Assembly: GCA_043750125.1 (NCBI GenBank)
Contig: JAYVCD010000220.1
Span: forward strand, 1-22,294
Reading direction: 5' to 3'
DNA length: 22,294 nt
DNA from: Archangiaceae bacterium
Lineage (GTDB): Bacteria; Myxococcota; Myxococcia; Myxococcales; Myxococcaceae
Below the pieces are notes generated by a model, which saw only the letters and a program-made list of their open reading frames with translations, had not been told where the DNA came from and did no database searches. Shown here piece by piece: positions 16,402 through 22,294 of this stretch; position 1 is the first letter of the stretch; every line of letters begins with the position of its first letter. Made by a program: the position numbers and the translations under genes.

Positions 16402-16413
16402 TGGTAGGCCCTT

Positions 16414-17613
16414 TTACATCGGCCGCTCGGCGAGCAAGAGCGACTTCATCTCATCCTCGTCGAGGGTGCGGCCTTCGCGAGACAGTGCGATGGCGTTGAT
16501 TTGCGACTCTTCAATCTCGACATGGGCCCCTTTGCGCCACTCGGTGGTCGTCTCTCCACCGTCGACCAGCTTGCCGACCAGTGTGCCCTCTTCCCACTGG
16601 AGCACTTCGACCCACAGCTGCTCTTCCTCGACATCGCCCTTGGGCGGCTCGGCCTTCCCTGAGTCGGGGTGGACCTCGAACGGGGCTCGAATCGCGAAGG
16701 TGAGCGGTTCCATCAGGCCTTTGCGGCCGAACCGGGCTTTGAACGGCTGGAGCATCGCCTTGGCATGCTTGAGCAGCTCTTCGGCTTCCTCGGCCGTCTC
16801 TTCCTCGAAGCGATCCCGGTACTGCGAGAGCACCTCGCTCAGCGAATGCCGCCCTTCAGGAGAGACGACGGTGAGGAAGTGCGATTCGTGGCCATCAAAA
16901 GTGTCGGTCACGACCCCGAACAGGTTTCGGCGGGCCTCGTCGCAAGGCAACAGCTGAAACCCCATTCCAACGCTGGTGGCGACTGGAATGCGGGTGGTCG
17001 GCCCCTGCCCGAAGGCCAGGTCGGTGCACATTTCGTGGAAGAAGGTCTCGGCCGGCTGGAGGTCCTTTTCCGAGAGGCAGAAGATCTCTACGTCCAGCAG
17101 GCCGAACTTGCCCATTCCGTGCGAGTGGACCCACATCGGGGTGGGGGTGGTGGTGCCCGCTTCCACCGCGTGAAGCGTGATGTGGTCTCGAATGTCGAAG
17201 TCGAGCTCGGTGATCTCTTCCACGTCTTCGGCGGTGTGGATCTTGAACGCGGTCACGTCGACCACCACGCCGTTGACGTTCTCGAGCAGCGATCGAATGC
17301 ACCACAGCGCCTCGAAGACGGCGATCGAGCCCTGAGGTTTCCCGGGGTCGAAGGCCACCCGGTAGAACCCCTTGGAGTCCTTCAGCAGCTGGTGGGCTTC
17401 CTGGGTGCCGGTGAGCAGGTCGGGGGTCCAGCCGAGCCCTTCGGTGCGGACATCGAACCGCACGTCGACCCGGGTTTCGTCGGCGCGAACCGAGAACAGG
17501 CAGCCGTCCTCTCCGAAGGTGAGCTCGACTTCGTCCGATTCGAACGCCTCGCGCACCGCTGCTTCCGCAACGGGCTCGGCCTGCATTGTCGCGAGGATGT
17601 AGACCTCTTTCAT
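16414..17613 (-). CDS. Acidic uncharacterised protein, DUF4026/DUF2314-like
   Basis: WVHSHGMGKFGLLDVEI segment and C-terminal APF...EQLWVEV..W.....GKL pattern; strong coding bias; 12 nt upstream of the next gene. Confidence 0.6.
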   Translation of the reverse strand: MKEVYILATMQAEPVAEAAVREAFESDEVELTFGEDGCLFSVRADETRVDVRFDVRTEGLGWTPDLLTGTQEAHQLLKDSKGFYRVAFDPGKPQGSIAVFEALWCIRSLLENVNGVVVDVTAFKIHTAEDVEEITELDFDIRDHITLHAVEAGTTTPTPMWVHSHGMGKFGLLDVEIFCLSEKDLQPAETFFHEMCTDLAFGQGPTTRIPVATSVGMGFQLLPCDEARRNLFGVVTDTFDGHESHFLTVVSPEGRHSLSEVLSQYRDRFEEETAEEAEELLKHAKAMLQPFKARFGRKGLMEPLTFAIRAPFEVHPDSGKAEPPKGDVEEEQLWVEVLQWEEGTLVGKLVDGGETTTEWRKGAHVEIEESQINAIALSREGRTLDEDEMKSLLLAERPM

Positions 17614-17622
17614 CGCGGGGTT

Positions 17623-18237
17623 CTAGAGGTGTCGCTCGATCTGTCGAAACAGATCGACGCGGTCCACAAGGTTGGTCAGGTAATCGAGGGTATCGGTCTG
17701 GAGCACCAGCACGGGACTCATCTTGTAACTCTTGAACCAGTCCTCATACAGATCGTTGAGGCGCTTCAGGTAGGGGGTGGGAATGTCCTTTTCCATCTCG
17801 CGCCCCCGAAGGCGGATGCGATCCTTTAGCGTCCGAACCGGGCACTTCAAGTAGATCATCAGATCGGGCGGGCGCAGCGAGGCCGAGACGGTCTCGTACA
17901 ATTCCCAGTACGTGCGCCAGTCGCGCTTGTCGATGAATCGCTGCCGATGCAGGTTTTTGGCAAAGATCTCGGCATCTTCGTAGATCGTCCGGTCCTGCAG
18001 CGCCGTGCCTTCGCCCTGCTCGAGCATGCGGTGCAGCCTGAACTTGTGGGTCAGAAAGAAGATCTGCGAGCGCAGGGCCCAGGTCTTCATGTCTTTGTAG
18101 AAGTCGGCCAGGTAGGGGTTCTGGTCGTTGGGCTCGTAGAACGCCGTCAGCCCGTATTTTTTGCAGAGGAACGCAGTCAGCTCGGTTTTGCCGGCGCCGA
18201 TGTTGCCCGCGATCGCGATGAATTTCTTCTGCGCCAC
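17623..18237 (-). CDS. Deoxynucleoside kinase (dNK family)
   Basis: IAIAGNIGAGKT P-loop, NPYLADFYKD, QDRTIYED, PDLMIYL and RIRLRGREME lid. Confidence 0.92.
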   Translation of the reverse strand: MAQKKFIAIAGNIGAGKTELTAFLCKKYGLTAFYEPNDQNPYLADFYKDMKTWALRSQIFFLTHKFRLHRMLEQGEGTALQDRTIYEDAEIFAKNLHRQRFIDKRDWRTYWELYETVSASLRPPDLMIYLKCPVRTLKDRIRLRGREMEKDIPTPYLKRLNDLYEDWFKSYKMSPVLVLQTDTLDYLTNLVDRVDLFRQIERHL

Positions 18238-18280
18238 CTGAGCGTCGATGTACCACGCCGCGTGCTATGCAAGCCGCCCG

Positions 18281-19054
18281 ATGTCAGTGCTGCGCCACTT
18301 CAAGCACGCGGTGCTGCTTTCGCTGAGCGTCGGTTGCGCCGAGCCCGGGACGGGGGCGATCAGCACCGGGAACCGCGCCGCCCGCGCCGGGCACTACGAC
18401 GAAGCGGTGGTGGCGTTCGAGCAGGCCTGCGCCCAGGCCCCGACGCTGGCGCGAGCCCACGCCCTGCGAGGCAACGCTCTTTGGGCGGCAGAAAAGAAGG
18501 CCGAGGCGCTGGCCGCCTGGACCCAGGCGCTCAAGCTCGACCCGACCCAGGTCGACGCCGCCCTCGGGCTGGCGCGCAACGAGCTGCAGACCGGGGCGAC
18601 GGGCGCGGCGATCGACCGGCTGACGGCCGCGCTGGTCAAGGCCCCGGGCCGTTCGGATCTGCGCACCGCCCGGGTTCTGGCCTGGGTGAGTCGCAATGCC
18701 GAAGGCGACCTGGGAAAAGCGAACGAAGACTCGGAGCTGGCCTACCGCGCCGCCCCCAAAGACCCCGACGTGCTGTACACCCGGGGCTCGGTGCTGATCG
18801 CTGCCCATCGCTTCGATGAAGCCCAATCGACCCTCGACGCCCTCGAGCGCGCCTCCCCCCATTCTTCCCTGGCTTCGTACGGGCTCGCCCGGCTCGCAGC
18901 GGCCCAGTCCCGCCGCACCGATGTGATGCTCCACCTTCGGGCCGCCCGCGCCGCAGCTGGATCCCAATGGCAGTCGGCTGCGGTGGTGTCGGACCCGGCC
19001 TTCGCCTTCCTCAAAGACGACCCGGATTTCGTTCGCGAAGTCTCGGGACGCTGA
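18281..19054 (+). CDS. TPR-repeat lipoprotein
   Basis: Lipobox LSVGC after a basic/hydrophobic leader from ATG 18281; repeated TPR-like helices (A..A...AL.LDP). Confidence 0.75.
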   Translation: MSVLRHFKHAVLLSLSVGCAEPGTGAISTGNRAARAGHYDEAVVAFEQACAQAPTLARAHALRGNALWAAEKKAEALAAWTQALKLDPTQVDAALGLARNELQTGATGAAIDRLTAALVKAPGRSDLRTARVLAWVSRNAEGDLGKANEDSELAYRAAPKDPDVLYTRGSVLIAAHRFDEAQSTLDALERASPHSSLASYGLARLAAAQSRRTDVMLHLRAARAAAGSQWQSAAVVSDPAFAFLKDDPDFVREVSGR

Positions 19055-19059
19055 ATCCC

Positions 19060-19854
19060 ATGATCCGAAAGCTTCATACGGTCTATTGCATCTTCATCAC
19101 CGGCTTCGCGACGCTGACGCTGTTCCCGGTCGCGCTGTTGATGATGCTCTTCAACTGGAGCCGCGACGGCGAGATGTGGCTGGTCGCCAACGTCTGGTCG
19201 CAGATCTTGATCAAGTCGGGCGGGGCCACGGTCGAGGTGATCGGCCGTGAAAACATCGACCCCAAACGGCCGACGATCTACGTCTCGAACCACCAGTCGA
19301 CCCTCGATGCTCCGGTGCTTTTCTGGGGACTGTGGCCGGTGCGGTTTCGGTTCGTCAGCAAACACACGCTCAAGTACATCCCGGTGATGGGGTGGTACCT
19401 CTTGCTGGCGCGGTACATCTTCATCGACCGATCGAACCACCGCACCGCCGTCGAAACGCTGGATGCAGCGGGGGTGCGAATTCGGGCCGGGACGAGCATC
19501 GTCGTCTTCCCCGAAGGCACCCGCAGCGAGACCGGGGCGATTCTTCCGTTCAAGAAGGGGCCCTTCGCGCTCGCGGTCAAAGCGGGAGTGGCGATCTGCC
19601 CCGTCACCATCGAAGGCACCGGCTCGGTGATGCCGAAGAACTCGTGGAGCATCAACCCCGGCCCGGTGAAGTTGATGATCGGCCCTCCGATTGATCCGCG
19701 GCCGTATGGCAACGATCGCGAGGCGCTGGCTCGGGTGGTGCGCGACGCGATCATCGCCCAGAGCCTGAAGCTCGGAGGCAAAGGGGGCGACCGTTCCACC
19801 CCGATTGCCGCCCGGGGCGAAGAAGGCCTCACCCGTCGGGCGGAAACCACGTGA
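19060..19854 (+). CDS. plsC: 1-acyl-sn-glycerol-3-phosphate acyltransferase (PlsC family)
   Basis: SNHQSTLD, FIDR, FPEGTRS and FKKGPF motifs; N-terminal TM helix. Confidence 0.9.
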   Translation: MIRKLHTVYCIFITGFATLTLFPVALLMMLFNWSRDGEMWLVANVWSQILIKSGGATVEVIGRENIDPKRPTIYVSNHQSTLDAPVLFWGLWPVRFRFVSKHTLKYIPVMGWYLLLARYIFIDRSNHRTAVETLDAAGVRIRAGTSIVVFPEGTRSETGAILPFKKGPFALAVKAGVAICPVTIEGTGSVMPKNSWSINPGPVKLMIGPPIDPRPYGNDREALARVVRDAIIAQSLKLGGKGGDRSTPIAARGEEGLTRRAETT

Positions 19855-21176
19855 GGCTGCGTCGGGCGCTGCTGATTCTGATTCTGGCGGGCTGTGCAGG
19901 GGGCCCGAAAGGGGGGGGCCTGACCCCGCGGGAACAAGCCACGGTGTTGCTCAAGCGCGGAGACGGGAAGGCGGCTGCAGCGATCCTCGAGCAGCTCGCG
20001 CTCGAGTCCCCTTCGGACCTGTCGATCGCCCGGGCCCTGGCCGAGGCGCACGTCAAGGGCGGCACCGGGGACGCTTTTCTGAGCCGACGGGTCCCCGACG
20101 ATTCGGCGATCAGCCATTACCAGCAGGGGCTGATTCTCTTTTCCCGCTCGGCGGACGCCACCGGGCCCGCCGTCGAGCAGTTCCGGCGGGCCAGCGCGCT
20201 CTCGCCGGCTGAACCTGAGTTTCACTACCGATTGGGCGTGGCCCTGCTCGAATCTGAACGTTTCGAGGATTCGCTGCCCGAGCTGAAAGCGGCCATCGCG
20301 CTCTCGCCCAACAACCCGACCTGGCACCTGCCTCTGGCGAAAGCGCTTCATCACACCGGCGATGACAAGACCGCGGTCGAGGCGGTGCGCACCGCGATCA
20401 ACGGTTCACCCTCGCCGGGCGACGTGAAGACCGCGCGCGCGCTGATGGGGCAGATCAATGACCCGCTCGCGCGCTTTCCGAAGCAGGCCCAGGCGAGGCT
20501 CGAAAAAGGTATCGCGTGGCTCGATCAAGGTGATGTGCCGCAGCAGGCGATCATCTCGTTCGAAGAGATCCTTCGGGATTTCCCTGATCTGGGGGTGGTG
20601 CACTCGCTGCTGGGTATGGCCTACCAGCGCCTGGACGATGCGGGCCGCGCGGTCGACGAGTTCAAGCGAGCCCTGGAGCTCAACCCCGAGGACGCGCGAA
20701 GCCACTACCTGCTGGGTGAGCTGTACTTTGCGCGTCAGCGGCAACAGCAGGCCAAAGAGCACTTCGAGATCGCGCTCGAGAAAAACCCGACACTCGACGA
20801 AGCCTGGCTGCGCCTGGGGGACCTGGCGCTCGATCGTCAGGAACTGGTCGCTGCGCGCGACTGCTACCGCACCCTCACCTTCCTGGAACCCGAGGCCTCG
20901 GCCCCGCGCGGCAAGCTGGCCCTGGTGTACCAGCTCGAGGGCGACTGGCCGGGAGCCGATCGCGAGCTGAAGCGGGTGGTGGAGAAAGAGCCCGAGAATC
21001 TCGAGTTCATGTTGCGCCTGGGCGCTCTTCATACCGAGCGGTACCTCAAGGCGAAGCAGCCGTCTGAACGCAAGGCGGCCAGCGAGGAAGCGCGCAAGTG
21101 GCTGACCAAGGTGCTCGAGGCCCAACCCGAGAACGCCCTCGCGTCCCGCGCGCTGGAATCAATTCAGGATCGTTGA
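19851..21176 (+). CDS. TPR-repeat lipoprotein
   Basis: MRLRRALLILILAGC lipoprotein signal; multiple TPR repeats (e.g. AVDEFKRALELNPEDARSHYLLG); GTGA overlap with plsC. Confidence 0.85.
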   Translation: MRLRRALLILILAGCAGGPKGGGLTPREQATVLLKRGDGKAAAAILEQLALESPSDLSIARALAEAHVKGGTGDAFLSRRVPDDSAISHYQQGLILFSRSADATGPAVEQFRRASALSPAEPEFHYRLGVALLESERFEDSLPELKAAIALSPNNPTWHLPLAKALHHTGDDKTAVEAVRTAINGSPSPGDVKTARALMGQINDPLARFPKQAQARLEKGIAWLDQGDVPQQAIISFEEILRDFPDLGVVHSLLGMAYQRLDDAGRAVDEFKRALELNPEDARSHYLLGELYFARQRQQQAKEHFEIALEKNPTLDEAWLRLGDLALDRQELVAARDCYRTLTFLEPEASAPRGKLALVYQLEGDWPGADRELKRVVEKEPENLEFMLRLGALHTERYLKAKQPSERKAASEEARKWLTKVLEAQPENALASRALESIQDR

Positions 21177-21213
21177 CGCGGCCCCTCGGTCGAGTCTTTC
21201 TTGTCGCCTTCCC

Positions 21214-21768
21214 ATGCAACCCTCTCAGGATCGTTCCAAGCGGGCGGTGAGCGCGGCGCGGATGGCTCCGCTGGCCGATTCCGGCCCCCGACTCAGTGGG
21301 GCGCGCCTACGTGCCGGCGCGGTCGAGACCCTACTGAATGGAGCGGGCCTTCTTCGCGACGTCTGGGCCGACTTCCAGAGCTCAGATCGCTACTTCAAAT
21401 ACAAGGCGATGGTGCTGTTGTGTTGGCTGGCGCTCACCGTCACCAGCTTCGGCGTCGCCTGCCCCACCAGCGGCTTTCGAACCAATTCCTATGGGGCGCG
21501 GCTGGTAATTGCGGGCGAGGCCAATTCGCCGATCTACATGGTGAAGAACGACAGCACCGACGCCTGGCAGAACGTCGAGGTCCTGGTCAACGGCGCGTAC
21601 CGCAGCACCGCAGCGCAGGTCGACTCGCAGCGCGAGATCACGCTGTCGCCCATCATCCTCTTCGACAGCACCGGAACCCGGGCGCCTTCCAACCTCAAGA
21701 TCACCGAGATCGAGGTCCAGATCGCCGACCACAAAGTCGAGCTGCTGCAGGGCGGTTTGCCGCACTGA
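21214..21768 (+). CDS. Hypothetical single-pass membrane protein with a beta-rich C-terminal domain
   Basis: 184-aa ORF with GC3 bias; TM segment AMVLLCWLALTVTSFGVAC; Ig-like VKNDSTDAWQNVEVLVN. Start position uncertain. Confidence 0.65.
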   Translation: MQPSQDRSKRAVSAARMAPLADSGPRLSGARLRAGAVETLLNGAGLLRDVWADFQSSDRYFKYKAMVLLCWLALTVTSFGVACPTSGFRTNSYGARLVIAGEANSPIYMVKNDSTDAWQNVEVLVNGAYRSTAAQVDSQREITLSPIILFDSTGTRAPSNLKITEIEVQIADHKVELLQGGLPH

Positions 21769-22294
21769 GGGTCGCTGGCGGGCGGCTGCAGAACGCAGGT
21801 GAATTCGCCGTGGCGCTCGGATTTGCCTGCCGCGATTTGCCCGCCCGGCCCCGTTCACGCCCAGAGCGAACGGCCAGGTCGCGAGGGAGTTGAGCATTTT
21901 CCGACGGGTCCCTGACAGGCGGCGGGCCTCCGTTCCTCCATCCCGAGGATCCGGCGGCGTGAGCACTCATTTGGAGAACGAATGACGGACGTGCCCGTGA
22001 ATGCCGGGCCTCAGCGGGTTCTCGTTGCTTCGGCTTTGCTCTGGACGGGGGCGGTTGAACCGGGCTTTGACGTGTTCCTTTCCGGACTCTTTGACCCTTC
22101 GGCGTAACGCAAGGCCGCGGATGGAGTTCCCAGGGGTCCACCAGGGGCTCTCGATTCAAACCGGGGCAACCGGGGTAAAAATACGTCGGAATCCGGAATC
22201 CGGTGGTATTTTACCCCGCTAGCGAACTTCGCGGCGTTACCAGCCTGCTGGAACATTTCTTTTGGCCCTTCTGGACCATTTTCCCGCCAATGCC

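Noticed and set aside
21811-21827. Possible sigma54 promoter TGGCGCTCGGATTTGC
   Set aside because: The GG-to-GC spacing is 11 rather than the required 10 nt, and no gene follows.
1-22294. CRISPR arrays, IS elements, prophage or defence genes
   Set aside because: No regularly spaced direct repeats and no transposase, integrase or phage-like ORFs were recognised.

Overview
GC-rich bacterial chromosomal segment that looks myxobacterial (Myxococcota), inferred from the FHA-containing sigma54-type regulator, PEGA and TPR lipoproteins, a mevalonate-type kinase and the isc gene set. In order: 5'-truncated plsB and a PEGA protein (+); a translationally coupled minus-strand operon (DsbD-like protein, SnoaL/NTF2 protein, beta-propeller-like lipoprotein, TlpA-like thioredoxin lipoprotein); an SPFH pseudogene; iscS-iscU-iscA-hscB-hscA-fdx without iscR; tRNA-Leu(CAG) with promoter and terminator; a small secreted protein behind a sigma54 promoter; a minus-strand operon (deoxynucleoside kinase, DUF2314-like protein, degenerate FHA-bEBP, psuG, phosphomevalonate-kinase-like GHMP kinase); and TPR-plsC-TPR-hypothetical (+). 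Main finding: two short ORFs in the track (3366..3620 and 3063..3302) are one in-frame gene interrupted by TGA exactly at the first Cys position of a TlpA CxxC motif (WVPG-U-SVC), followed immediately by a bacterial SECIS-like hairpin. This points to an exported selenoprotein thioredoxin co-encoded with a candidate DsbD-type electron donor. Other notable items are an IscR-type operator, a 50-aa insertion in IscS and an apparently catalytically dead sigma54 activator.
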